NCBI GenBank assembly: GCA_934091055.1
Contig: CAKOKN010000002.1
Location: 153 to 64,152 of the forward strand
Direction of reading: 5' to 3'
DNA from: an uncultured Bacilli bacterium
GTDB taxonomy: Bacteria > Bacillota_I > Bacilli_A > RF39 > UBA660
DNA: 64,000 nt
The number at the start of each line of letters is the position of its first letter. The stretch's first letter is position 1. The notes below the pieces were generated by a model. It was not told where the DNA came from and ran no database searches. It was given only the letters and a program-made list of their open reading frames with translations. The translations under genes were made by a program, and so were the position numbers. Of the stretch, positions 8,824 to 18,415 are shown in pieces.

Positions 8824-10782
8824 GTGGTGATTTTTGTGAAAAAAGAAGTAAAAAAAAACAAAAATAAAGAAATAATTAAAAAATTTAAAATATTTTTTTC
8901 AAAATATAATTATATTCTAATATTAATACTACCATTTATATTAATGGACATATTAACAAAAATATTAGGAAACAAGATACATTTTTATGGAATAATAAGA
9001 CTAGTACCAACTCTATTTACGTTACTGTGGATAACATTTATGGTGGGTAGTTCATTATTTTTAGAGAAGAAGAAAGGAAAAATAGTCTATATAATATCAT
9101 TTATAATATCATTTGCCCTATTCATAACAAATAATATTTATTATTCTATGACAGATACATTTTTTGATTTTAGTTTATTGATGTTAGCATCTGAAGGATC
9201 AGAATACTTTCTAGATGCCATAAAAAATTGTAACATATGGGTGTATGTATCAGCTATAGCAGTGTTAATTACATTTATAATAGGCTTAAAAAAATATCCA
9301 AAAAGAGAAAAAACAAATTTAAAAAGTGTTATAAAAATATTTTTTGCATTCCTTATTATTCATTTTCTCTTACCATTTATGTATGGACCTGCAAATAATG
9401 AATTAACTTGGAGTACTTGGCGTAATCCAAGAAATATATATAATACATTTAATGATAATAATAAGAGTATGATGATAACAGGATTATATGAATATAGTTT
9501 TAGAAACTTTTATGTAACATTTATAAAAGCTAAAAAGACAACCAATGAAGAGGATTTAACATTTCTTGAAGAAGAATATGGTAAAGAAACAGAAGATACA
9601 ACAAATAAATATACTGCAAAATACAAAGATAAAAACTTAATAATTATTCAATTAGAAGGAACAGATAATTGGCTTATAACAAAAGAAGATACTCCAACGC
9701 TATATGAAATGATGAATAATTCAATAAACTTTACTAATCATTATTCATATTATAATGGAGGAGGTTCTACATTTAATTCCGAATTTGCAGTTAATACAGG
9801 TTTTATAACACCTCTTTCATATACACAAAATGCTTATACATTTAATAAAAATCATTTCCCATATTCACTAGCTCATCTATTTAAACAAGATGGATATGCT
9901 GTAAATGCCTTTCATATGAATACTAGTGAATACTATTCAAGAGGAACAAACTATAAAAACTGGGGATATGATAACTACTATGGATTAAAAGACTTAGGTA
10001 CTTATAACGATGATAGTTATACATTAGATAGAGAATTAATTTTAAATGAAACTTTTAGAGAAAAAATGTTTAGTGAAGAAAAGTTTGTAGATTATATAAT
10101 AACATATTCAGGTCATTTACCATTTACAACAGAAAAAGGAGTATGTAAAAAATTAGTAGAAGAAGATATTTTAAAAGAGCAGGATTTAGAAAAATTACCT
10201 GAAGATTATACGTTGCCTAGATTAACTGAAGAAGAATGTGCCAGAAGACAAGCAAAAGAAACAGATTATATGGTAGAATTATTACTTGATACATTAAAAG
10301 AAAAAGAACTACTAGATAATACAGTAATTGTAGTATTTACAGATCATTATCTATACACATTATCAGATCAAACAATATTAGATAAATATAAAGAAACAGA
10401 TAATAATTTAATTAATCATACACCATTCTTTATATGGAGTAATGAAGGAGAGAAAAAGAAGGTAAATGATGTAACATCGCAATTAAATGTACTTCCAACA
10501 CTATTAAATTTATTTGGATTAGAATACCATTCCAATTACTATATAGGAAAAGATGCCTTATCAGCAGATTATCAAGGTTATGTCTTCTTTAGTGACTATT
10601 CTTGGTATGATGGTAATATATATGTAGATGGAGGTACAGTAACAAATGGAAAAGAAATAGATCCATTAGCTCTTGAAGATAAAAACTATTATATAAATTA
10701 TATAATAAGAAAAAATGATTTAACACTAAAATATGACTACTTTAAAAAAATAAAACAAAATAAAACAGACAATGGTGTATAA
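8824..10782 (+). CDS. LTA synthase-family sulfatase-domain membrane protein (LtaS-like)
   Basis: 652 aa. Five N-terminal hydrophobic helices followed by a sulfatase-type domain (IIIQLEGTDNW, GGGSTFNSEFAVNTG, VVFTDHY). The true start may be GTG at 8836, after the GGTGA RBS. Confidence 0.75.
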   Translation: MVIFVKKEVKKNKNKEIIKKFKIFFSKYNYILILILPFILMDILTKILGNKIHFYGIIRLVPTLFTLLWITFMVGSSLFLEKKKGKIVYIISFIISFALFITNNIYYSMTDTFFDFSLLMLASEGSEYFLDAIKNCNIWVYVSAIAVLITFIIGLKKYPKREKTNLKSVIKIFFAFLIIHFLLPFMYGPANNELTWSTWRNPRNIYNTFNDNNKSMMITGLYEYSFRNFYVTFIKAKKTTNEEDLTFLEEEYGKETEDTTNKYTAKYKDKNLIIIQLEGTDNWLITKEDTPTLYEMMNNSINFTNHYSYYNGGGSTFNSEFAVNTGFITPLSYTQNAYTFNKNHFPYSLAHLFKQDGYAVNAFHMNTSEYYSRGTNYKNWGYDNYYGLKDLGTYNDDSYTLDRELILNETFREKMFSEEKFVDYIITYSGHLPFTTEKGVCKKLVEEDILKEQDLEKLPEDYTLPRLTEEECARRQAKETDYMVELLLDTLKEKELLDNTVIVVFTDHYLYTLSDQTILDKYKETDNNLINHTPFFIWSNEGEKKKVNDVTSQLNVLPTLLNLFGLEYHSNYYIGKDALSADYQGYVFFSDYSWYDGNIYVDGGTVTNGKEIDPLALEDKNYYINYIIRKNDLTLKYDYFKKIKQNKTDNGV

Positions 10783-10815
10783 AAAAATCATATCAATTGC
10801 GATATGATTTTTCTT
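10783..10815. terminator. Bidirectional terminator between convergent genes
   Basis: Stem AAATCATATC (10785-10794) / GATATGATTT (10801-10810), flanked by an A-run on the left and a T-run on the right. Confidence 0.6.
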
Positions 10816-12311
10816 TACTTATTTTTATTTATATCATCTATAGTAACTTTACTATCGTGAGGAATAGGTTTCCAAGTAACTTTCATAAATAAAGCAGCAT
10901 AAGTACTATATCTACCAATTATATCAAATGTAGGCCAAGTTAAAGTAAATAAAACTTTTTTCATAAAAGAAATTTCCTTAATATTCTTTCTTTCTACTAT
11001 AAATAAATATATAGCGGCCCACATGTTTTGAATATACATACCCAATCTATATAGTAACCTAAACCAAATAGAAATAAGCATTCCTACAAATAGAGCATTA
11101 ATTCCAGGATTTACAGTTATTTTAATTTCAAATAGACTTCTAAGGATTCTAGCTAGATAAGTACTACCACTAAATATATTACTACTATTAATACCAGTGT
11201 TATAGCAGTAGCAGCCATACATAATAACTACCACTAATAACCATCTAGTAATATTAAATACTGAAAATGGTGTAAGTTGCATTAAAGTATCAAAAGAAGC
11301 AAATCTATGTCTAATAGATTCAACGATAGATAACATAACACTTTTAAATGTTTTCTTTTCTTTAGTTTTTTCCTTTTCTCTCCATCTAGTCTTCAAAAAT
11401 AATTTACCAAAGAAAATGTTAATAAATAAATAAGTACCAGATTCAACAAAGGCAAGTAAATGACCTTTAGCCCATCTTGTTCTTTGTCTTAAAGCAACTT
11501 TTAAACTAATAGGTTGTTCATCATAGAACATTGCTTCATTTTGATAAGATATTCTATAACCTTGAGCTACAGCATCCGCAGTAAGTGCTCTATCTTCTGT
11601 AAGAGAAGTATAATGCCAACCATTTCTTACAATCTCACTAGTAAATAAGAACCCAGTTCCCTGTATATTAGTAGCTAATCTAAGTACTGATCTAGCTCTA
11701 TGATTACACCTAATAGATCTAATCCAATGTAGTGCATATGTAGAAGCAATCCAGTTTTCATCAAAGTTTTTAGTATTCCTATATGAAGTAACAATAGATT
11801 CTCCAGAGTCAAATGCATCATTCATTTTTGTAACATAATCACTTTTTAATAAGTTATCAGCATCAAATATAAAGTATCCTTCAAAACTCATTCTACCATA
11901 GTCTTCTTCTATTTTTTCTAGAAGATATTGAAGAGCAAAACCTTTTGTTTTATGTTCATTATCAAATCTCTCATAACAAATAGCGCCCTTTTCTCTAGCT
12001 ATTTCCGCAGTATTATCAGTACAATTATCTGCTACTACGAATGTAGTAAGTAGTTCACTAGGATAATCTTGTTTCTTTATGCTATCAAGTAGATTTCCGA
12101 TAACATTCTTTTCATTTCTCGCTGCTATTAGAATAGCGTATTTATGTTTCTTCTTCGCAGGTTTAAATTTTCTAGTAAAAAATAAACCAATAATCCAATA
12201 TAACGTTTTATATGCTAACATACAAGAAAGAATAGTACCCGTTATATTATATATTTTTCTCCAATCTAAATAATGTTCACCTATTGAACTTATAATATTC
12301 ATGATATACAT
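10815..12311 (-). CDS. Family 2 glycosyltransferase, membrane-integrated (processive type)
   Basis: 498 aa. AILIAARNEKNVIGNLLDSI...VVADNCTDNT, DADN (IFDADNLL), QRTRWAKG (QxxRW), C-terminal TM helices. Confidence 0.8.
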   Translation of the reverse strand: MYIMNIISSIGEHYLDWRKIYNITGTILSCMLAYKTLYWIIGLFFTRKFKPAKKKHKYAILIAARNEKNVIGNLLDSIKKQDYPSELLTTFVVADNCTDNTAEIAREKGAICYERFDNEHKTKGFALQYLLEKIEEDYGRMSFEGYFIFDADNLLKSDYVTKMNDAFDSGESIVTSYRNTKNFDENWIASTYALHWIRSIRCNHRARSVLRLATNIQGTGFLFTSEIVRNGWHYTSLTEDRALTADAVAQGYRISYQNEAMFYDEQPISLKVALRQRTRWAKGHLLAFVESGTYLFINIFFGKLFLKTRWREKEKTKEKKTFKSVMLSIVESIRHRFASFDTLMQLTPFSVFNITRWLLVVVIMYGCYCYNTGINSSNIFSGSTYLARILRSLFEIKITVNPGINALFVGMLISIWFRLLYRLGMYIQNMWAAIYLFIVERKNIKEISFMKKVLFTLTWPTFDIIGRYSTYAALFMKVTWKPIPHDSKVTIDDINKNK

Positions 12312-12387
12312 ACAACAACCTCACTTCAAAATACAAGTGTATTATATCATACATTAAATTAATAAACAAGTTTTATATTTTTTTCTT

Positions 12388-12441
12388 CACTCTAAGCCTG
12401 TAGTCTTAGAGTGTTATTTTAAGCCTCAGGTCTTAAAATAA
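12388..12441 (+). repeat. Modular stem-loop repeat, locus 2 (2 hairpins)
   Basis: CACTCTAAG-CCTGTAGT-CTTAGAGTG (12388-12413) and TTATTTTAAG-CCTCAGGT-CTTAAAATAA (12414-12441). Lies between divergent gene starts. Confidence 0.85.
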
Positions 12442-12495
12442 ACAATACTTTTGCATTATTTAGTCAAATATGTTATTATATAACCGGTGATAATT

Positions 12496-13638
12496 ATGCA
12501 TAAAATTGGTATAATCGCAGAATATAATCCATTTCACAATGGTCATTTATATCAAATAAAAGAAATAAAAAAAAGATATCCAGATAGCACAATAATATCA
12601 GTAGTATCTTCATCATTTACCCAAAGGGGAGATATTTCATTATTAAATAAATGGGATAAAACTAAAATAGAATTAGATCAAGGTATCGACTTAGTAATAG
12701 AACTGCCTTTTGTTTATTCTACTCAGGCTTCAGATATCTTCGCCGAAGGAGCAGTAAAAATACTAAATTATCTAGGTATAGACACTCTAGTATTTGGAAC
12801 TGAAAGAGATACCATTGAGGAATTAGAATTACTCGCAGATATTCAAATAAATAATAAAGAATATCAAGAAAAAGTAAAACAATATCTAAGTACAGGCTTA
12901 AACTATGCTACTAGTACTAATAAAGCTCTCGAAGATATAACAAATGTAAAAGTAGATACTCCAAATGATTTACTTGCACTATCATATATAAAACAAATAA
13001 AATTAAATAAATATAATATAAAATATACCAATATAAAAAGAACAACTTCATATCACGGAAGTGAAATAAAGAATAATATTAGTTCTGCTAGTAATATAAG
13101 AGAAATGTTTGCAAATAATCAAGATATTGATAATTTAATGCCATTTGATAAAAAGTATTTATATAAAGTAAGCATCAATAATTATTTAGATATATTAAAA
13201 TATAAAGTATTATCTGAAGATATTAATATAAATAAATATCAGACAGTAGATGAAGGTATTGAGGGAAGAATAATAGATAATATTACTAAAGTAACTACTT
13301 ATGAAGAGTTAATACAAAATATAAAAACTAAACGATATACATATAACAAAATATCTAGAATGTTACTACATATACTAACTAGTTTTACTAAAGAAGAAGC
13401 ATCAAATATAGATATAGACTATATTAGAGTATTAGGTTTCACTACCAAAGGTCAAGAATACCTAAGTAAAATAAAAAAGAATATAACTATTCCTATAATA
13501 ACAGGATATAAAAAAAATATATCTAAAGTATTAGATATAGAATATAGAGTTACTAAGATATATTCATTATTTACTTCCTCTAGTCTTATCAAAAAAGAGT
13601 ATCAAATAAAACCAATAATTAAAGAAAATAATGACTAA
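12496..13638 (+). CDS. tmcAL: tRNA(Met) cytidine acetate ligase (TmcAL/YlbM family nucleotidyltransferase)
   Basis: IGIIAEYNPFHNGHLYQIKE N-terminal HIGH-like motif, ~380 aa. Start placed at the ATG after the GGTGA RBS (ORF track starts at GTG 12487). Confidence 0.8.
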   Translation: MHKIGIIAEYNPFHNGHLYQIKEIKKRYPDSTIISVVSSSFTQRGDISLLNKWDKTKIELDQGIDLVIELPFVYSTQASDIFAEGAVKILNYLGIDTLVFGTERDTIEELELLADIQINNKEYQEKVKQYLSTGLNYATSTNKALEDITNVKVDTPNDLLALSYIKQIKLNKYNIKYTNIKRTTSYHGSEIKNNISSASNIREMFANNQDIDNLMPFDKKYLYKVSINNYLDILKYKVLSEDININKYQTVDEGIEGRIIDNITKVTTYEELIQNIKTKRYTYNKISRMLLHILTSFTKEEASNIDIDYIRVLGFTTKGQEYLSKIKKNITIPIITGYKKNISKVLDIEYRVTKIYSLFTSSSLIKKEYQIKPIIKENND

Positions 13639-14026
13639 ATATATTTTTAATTTTATCACTAAATAGAGAATTAATAATCTCTATTTTTTCATTATTATCT
13701 TTAGTAAATAATAGACTTGATAATAAACATAATTTATCTCTATTACCTCTTTTATATTTATTATATTCTTTCTTAACATTAATATATCTAGAGTTTTCAT
13801 CACTATCAATATCATTCAAAGTAAATATATAAGCCTTAAATCTATTACTATTCTTATTATCATAAATATTAAGAATAATATTATTATCTACGATTTTATA
13901 TTGAATATAGACATATTCTTCTTTTTTTAAATCAAAATCATATCCAAATATATCATTAACAAAATCATTAAGTAAATCATCATTAGTAATATCAATAAGT
14001 GCTAATCTAAACATTTCATCATTCAT
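13619..14026 (-). CDS. Hypothetical protein
   Basis: 135 aa ORF with GGTGAAG RBS. No recognisable motif. Its 3' end overlaps the tmcAL 3' end by 20 nt (convergent). Confidence 0.4.
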   Translation of the reverse strand: MNDEMFRLALIDITNDDLLNDFVNDIFGYDFDLKKEEYVYIQYKIVDNNIILNIYDNKNSNRFKAYIFTLNDIDSDENSRYINVKKEYNKYKRGNRDKLCLLSSLLFTKDNNEKIEIINSLFSDKIKNIFSHYFL

Positions 14027-14133
14027 AATCTTCACCAAACATAAGGTAACATATATATAATAGTAAAGTCAATAAAAAAAGAAAAATGTAACCAAATAGG
14101 TTACAAATTAAATGTAAAATTATTGTAAATAAG

Positions 14134-14955
14134 TTATTTCTGACAGTTAGGACAATAATAAGTACCTCTTCCACCTACTCTAATTTTTTCTATTTTAGTA
14201 TTACACTCTGGACAAGTACCTTTATCTTTTCCATGTACTAAAAGCTCTTTTTGAAATAGTCCGTGTACTCCATCTACAGAACTATAAGTTCTAATCGTAG
14301 TTCCTCCCATCTTAATAGCTTCTTCAAGAACACTTCTTGTATATTTAATTATATTATTAGCTTCCTCTTCAGTAATTAAATTACATTTTTTTAATGGATT
14401 AATCTTACATAAGAATAATATCTCATCAGCATATATATTTCCAATACCAACTATTATACTTTGGTCTAAGAGTACAGTTTTAATAGGTAGTCTTTTATTT
14501 TTATACTTATCAAGTAAATAGCGACTTGTAAGTTTATCATCCCAAGGTTCAAGACCAAGTTCTACTAAAGGTCCTATTTTACCAATATCTTTTTTTTTAA
14601 TAAGATACATTTTACCAAACTTTCTAGTATCTCTATATCTGAGTTCAGTATTATCATCTAGTTCAAATATAACATGTTCATGTTTATCTATACTATCGCT
14701 GCTCTTTTTAAAGAAATATTTGCCTTCCATTCTTAAATGAGAAAGAAGAAAATAATCATCTAAATCAAACATTAAAAATTTTCCTCTTCTTTTAATATTC
14801 TTAATAGTTTGATTAGCAATTTCTTTAATAAATTCATCTTTACTAGGATAAGCAATAATATTATCCCATAAAACTCTAGCTTTAATTATTTTTTTATTAT
14901 TTAATCTTAATTTTAAAGATTCTTTAACAGTTTCTACTTCAGGTAATTCTGGCAT
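14134..14955 (-). CDS. mutM: Formamidopyrimidine-DNA glycosylase
   Basis: N-terminal MPELPEVETV, H2TH region, C-terminal zinc finger CPECNTKIEKIRVGGRGTYYCPNCQ. Directly downstream of polA, as in Bacillus. Confidence 0.93.
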   Translation of the reverse strand: MPELPEVETVKESLKLRLNNKKIIKARVLWDNIIAYPSKDEFIKEIANQTIKNIKRRGKFLMFDLDDYFLLSHLRMEGKYFFKKSSDSIDKHEHVIFELDDNTELRYRDTRKFGKMYLIKKKDIGKIGPLVELGLEPWDDKLTSRYLLDKYKNKRLPIKTVLLDQSIIVGIGNIYADEILFLCKINPLKKCNLITEEEANNIIKYTRSVLEEAIKMGGTTIRTYSSVDGVHGLFQKELLVHGKDKGTCPECNTKIEKIRVGGRGTYYCPNCQK

Positions 14956-14990
14956 AATTTTTTATCACCTCTTTTGCTAAATTATTTTCC

Positions 14991-15014
14991 AAATTATTTC
15001 CCGGGAAATAATTT
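14991..15014. repeat. 24-bp perfect palindrome AAATTATTTCCCGGGAAATAATTT, copy 2
   Basis: Read directly. Lies 3 nt past the polA stop and 36 nt upstream of the mutM ATG. A partial duplicate of one arm (CTAAATTATTTTCC) is at 14977-14990. Confidence 0.95.
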
Positions 15015-15017
15015 TAC

Positions 15018-17597
15018 TTATTTTGCTTCATACCAATTATTTCCCAACTCAATATCTACATCTAATGGTACTTTAAGTTCAAATACCTTAGTCATTGTAT
15101 TATACACAATATCTTTAACTTTATCTATTTCATCATTATACACATTAAATATAAGTTCATCGTGTACTTGAAGTAACATCTTACTTTTTATATTTTCTTT
15201 TTCAAATATATTATTAATTTCTACCATAGCCTTCTTCAAAATATCGGAGGCACTTCCTTGAACTGGAGTATTAAGAGCCATTCTCTCGCCCATACTTCTT
15301 ACCATATAGTTAGAACTTTTAAGTTCCTCAATAACCCTCTTTCTATTCATAATAGTTTTAACATAACCATTTCTCTTAGCCTCATCTATTTCTTTATCCA
15401 TATAATCTTTAACTCCAGGATAAGTTTCAAAGTATTTATTAATAAACTCTTTAGCCTCTTTAACAGGAATACCAATATCTTCAGCTAGTCCATAACTACT
15501 AATACCATATAAAATACCAAAGTTAACAGCCTTAGCTTGTCTACGCATATTCTTTGTAACACCTTCCATAGGTACTTTAAATATATCCATAGCGGTTTTA
15601 GTATGAATATCAACACCTTCTTTAAAAGCATTAATCAAATCATTAACCCCAGATAAATGAGCAAATACCCTAAGTTCAATTTGCGAGTAGTCAGAGGATA
15701 GTATAACACTATTATCCTCTGGTATAAAAGCTTTTCTAATTAATCTTCCATATTCACTTCTCATAGGAATATTTTGTAAATTAGGTTCAATTGAAGATAG
15801 TCTACCAGTTCTAGTAAGTGTTTGCGTATAGATGGTATGAATTTTACCATCTTCTCTAATAGTATTAATAATACCATCTATATAAGTAGAATATAATTTA
15901 GCAAGAGCTCTATATTCCAATATTTTATTAATTATAGGATATTCCGTAAGTTTCTTAAGTACATCAATATCAGTAGCATATCCATTCTTATTTTTCTTAG
16001 CTCCAGGTAGTTTTAACTTATCAAAAAGTATTTCACCTAGTTGCTTAGGAGAATTAATATTAAACTCTTCACCAGCATAGTTATAAATATCTCTAGTTAG
16101 AATTTCCAATTTAATTTTAATTTCAGTACCCATCTCTTCAAGAACTTTCTTGTCTACTCTAATACCTTCAATTTCCATGTTAGCAAGAACTTTAGCAAGA
16201 GGCATTTCAATACTTTCAAATAAATAAATATTATCTTCCCTCTTCATATCTTCATATAATTTATCTTTAGTATTATATATAAACTTAGCCTTAAGAATAG
16301 CTCTTCTTATAGCCTCTTCACTAGTAACAACTTCTTTTTTATCATAACTAGGAATTTCTACTTCTAATTTATTTGCTAAGTAGCAGATATCATCTTTAGT
16401 TTCATAATTAAGTAAATAAGCACTAATCATAGTATCAAAATTAATATTAGGTACTTTAATACCATATTTATTAAATATCACAATTAATTTTTTATAATCA
16501 TAAGTAGCTAGATTATAATTAACGTCTAGAATATTAGTATTATCCTTAAATATATCATAGGGTATATAACAAGATAAAGTACTATTATATAAAGCAATAC
16601 CAAGTATTTCAGCATCATTATAATTACCAATAGTAGTATCTAAGTATATAGAGGTATCCTCATTAATCTTAACATCATTGATATCAGATATAACTCTAAA
16701 TTCTTCCTTTCTATCTTCTTCCTTTTTTACCTCACTAGTATTAATTTTTCTAAGAAGAGAATAAAAACCTAAATCATTATAAATATCTATTAATTCATCA
16801 GCCTTCTCACCCTTATATAATAAATCATCAAAAGTAATATCTAAAGGAACCTCTCTATATATAGTAACTAAGTCTTTGCTATAATAAGCATCTTCCCTAC
16901 CATCAATAAGTTTAATTTGCATAGCACCTTTAATTTTATCTATATTTTCATATATATTATCTATAGTTTTATATTCACTAACTAATTTAATAGCTCCTTT
17001 TTCACCAATACCTTTAACCCCAGGTATATTATCAGAAGCATCTCCCATCAAAGCTTTTAAATCTATCATATGAATAGGATCAAATCCATAAGTATCATTA
17101 AATGTCTTTTTATCCATCCAAATATAGTCTTTAGTTTTAAGTAGTTTAACTACTGTTTCATCACTAATTAGTTGTAGTAGATCTTTATCACTACTTACTA
17201 TTAAAGCTTCATACTCAGGATCTTTTTCACACCACATAGATATAGTGCCTATAATATCGTCAGCCTCATATCCTGCACATTCTAGATACTTAATTCCCAT
17301 CGCAGTAAGTATCTTTTTAGCTACAGGAAACTGTACTTTCAAATCATCAGGAGTCTCTCTTCTTCCATCTTTATATCTTTCATATTTTTCATGTCTAAAA
17401 GTTTTACCTATATCAAAAGCCACCATCATATATTCAGGTTTTTCTTCAGAAATAATTTTATTTATCATATTAACAAAGCCATATACTCCATTAGTAGGAA
17501 ATCCTTCTTTATTTCTCATTATATTACCTGTATAAGCTGTAGCATAATAACTTCTAAATAAAAGATTATTACCATCTACAAGTACTATTTTTTTCAT
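15018..17597 (-). CDS. polA: DNA polymerase I
   Basis: 859 aa. 5'-3' exonuclease N-terminus (LVDGNNLLFRSYYA), polymerase motifs A (SSDYSQIELRVFAH), B (RRQAKAVNFGILYG) and C (LQVHDELIF). Confidence 0.96.
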   Translation of the reverse strand: MKKIVLVDGNNLLFRSYYATAYTGNIMRNKEGFPTNGVYGFVNMINKIISEEKPEYMMVAFDIGKTFRHEKYERYKDGRRETPDDLKVQFPVAKKILTAMGIKYLECAGYEADDIIGTISMWCEKDPEYEALIVSSDKDLLQLISDETVVKLLKTKDYIWMDKKTFNDTYGFDPIHMIDLKALMGDASDNIPGVKGIGEKGAIKLVSEYKTIDNIYENIDKIKGAMQIKLIDGREDAYYSKDLVTIYREVPLDITFDDLLYKGEKADELIDIYNDLGFYSLLRKINTSEVKKEEDRKEEFRVISDINDVKINEDTSIYLDTTIGNYNDAEILGIALYNSTLSCYIPYDIFKDNTNILDVNYNLATYDYKKLIVIFNKYGIKVPNINFDTMISAYLLNYETKDDICYLANKLEVEIPSYDKKEVVTSEEAIRRAILKAKFIYNTKDKLYEDMKREDNIYLFESIEMPLAKVLANMEIEGIRVDKKVLEEMGTEIKIKLEILTRDIYNYAGEEFNINSPKQLGEILFDKLKLPGAKKNKNGYATDIDVLKKLTEYPIINKILEYRALAKLYSTYIDGIINTIREDGKIHTIYTQTLTRTGRLSSIEPNLQNIPMRSEYGRLIRKAFIPEDNSVILSSDYSQIELRVFAHLSGVNDLINAFKEGVDIHTKTAMDIFKVPMEGVTKNMRRQAKAVNFGILYGISSYGLAEDIGIPVKEAKEFINKYFETYPGVKDYMDKEIDEAKRNGYVKTIMNRKRVIEELKSSNYMVRSMGERMALNTPVQGSASDILKKAMVEINNIFEKENIKSKMLLQVHDELIFNVYNDEIDKVKDIVYNTMTKVFELKVPLDVDIELGNNWYEAK

Positions 17598-17679
17598 AAC
17601 CTCACCTAAGTCTTTCTATATATAATTATACTAAAAAAAAGACTTAAAATAAAGTCTTAATAAGATATTTTATATGTAT

Positions 17680-17703
17680 AAATTATTTCCCAGGAAATAA
17701 TTT
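17680..17703. repeat. 24-bp palindrome, copy 3 (AAATTATTTCCCAGGAAATAATTT, one central mismatch)
   Basis: Read directly. Lies 83 nt upstream of the polA ATG and abuts stem-loop repeat locus 3. Confidence 0.9.
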
Positions 17704-17706
17704 ATT

Positions 17707-17790
17707 AGTTCGAGCCTATAGTCTCTCACTATCATTAAAGCCTAAGATCTTTAATGAAAAATATGAAGCCTATAAATAGTCTTCATATTT
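17707..17790 (+). repeat. Modular stem-loop repeat, locus 3 (M1 module plus 2 hairpins)
   Basis: AGTTCGAGCCTATAGTCTCTCACT (17707-17730), CATTAAAG-CCTAAGAT-CTTTAATG (17733-17756), AAATATGAAG-CCTATAAATAGT-CTTCATATTT (17758-17790). Nearly identical to locus 8. Confidence 0.9.
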
Positions 17791-18415
17791 AAGTAATATT
17801 TTTAATATTTATTAGTCCATTATCATTATCAAATTCTAATTTAAATGTTTCTAAATAATTTGGTATACCATTAAAAAATACATTGTTATTATAACTATAG
17901 TCTTCGTTCAAAACGATATTACATCCCAGTTTTTTTAATAAAAATATAATTGAAGTAGCGTGACTTATTATAACAACTTTTTTATTTTTGTTTCTATTTA
18001 TTATATCAACAAGAGCATCATACATTCGACTACCAACTTCTTTTTGACTTTCTCCATTTGGTAATTTATAATTTTCATCTTCTAACTGTTTTTTTTCAAA
18101 ATTATCAGGTACTTCATCATAAGAATTAATAACTCCGTGTATTCTCTCGCCAAGTCTATTATCTATATTAACTTTTAAATTATGATTATACCCGAAGTAT
18201 TTAGCTGTTCCTAAACATCTACTATAGCCTGATGACCATACTTCATTAATATTATCAAATTCATCATTGATAGAAAACCAATTTGCCATTTTCTCCCCAT
18301 CTACACTCAGCGGTCTCCTCATATTATCAATTAAAACATTACTATCACCATTTACAATACCTAAATGTTCTTTAAAAGGCTTACTATGTCTAACTAGATA
18401 TACTATAGTACTCAT
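17789..18415 (-). CDS. Histidine phosphatase (phosphoglycerate mutase-like) family protein
   Basis: 208 aa. N-terminal IVYLVRHSKP (RHG-type motif) and VVIISHATSI near the C-terminal third. Its start overlaps the upstream stop by 1 nt (TAATG). Confidence 0.6.
   Translation of the reverse strand: MSTIVYLVRHSKPFKEHLGIVNGDSNVLIDNMRRPLSVDGEKMANWFSINDEFDNINEVWSSGYSRCLGTAKYFGYNHNLKVNIDNRLGERIHGVINSYDEVPDNFEKKQLEDENYKLPNGESQKEVGSRMYDALVDIINRNKNKKVVIISHATSIIFLLKKLGCNIVLNEDYSYNNNVFFNGIPNYLETFKLEFDNDNGLINIKNIT

Noticed and set aside
13619-14026. The 135-aa ORF as an Rpn/YhgA-type PD-(D/E)XK transposase fragment (LLNDFVNDIFG resembles the family N-terminus).
   Set aside because: The similarity is limited to a few residues and no nuclease motif is visible. 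It is left as hypothetical.
14991-15014. The 24-bp palindrome as a LexA (Cheo) box or as a canonical intrinsic terminator.
   Set aside because: It does not match CGAAC-N4-GTTCG. As a hairpin it is almost entirely A-U paired, and no U-tract follows the hairpin beyond the three U residues at the end of its own 3' arm on the transcribed strand. A terminator role is therefore weak. It is kept as a finding of unknown function.
17707-17730. The M1 module AGTTCGAGCCTATAGTCTCTCACT as a tRNA 3' fragment, because GTTCGAG resembles a T-loop.
   Set aside because: The flanking bases do not form a T-stem or an acceptor stem, and there is no CCA context. The similarity is limited to 7 nt.
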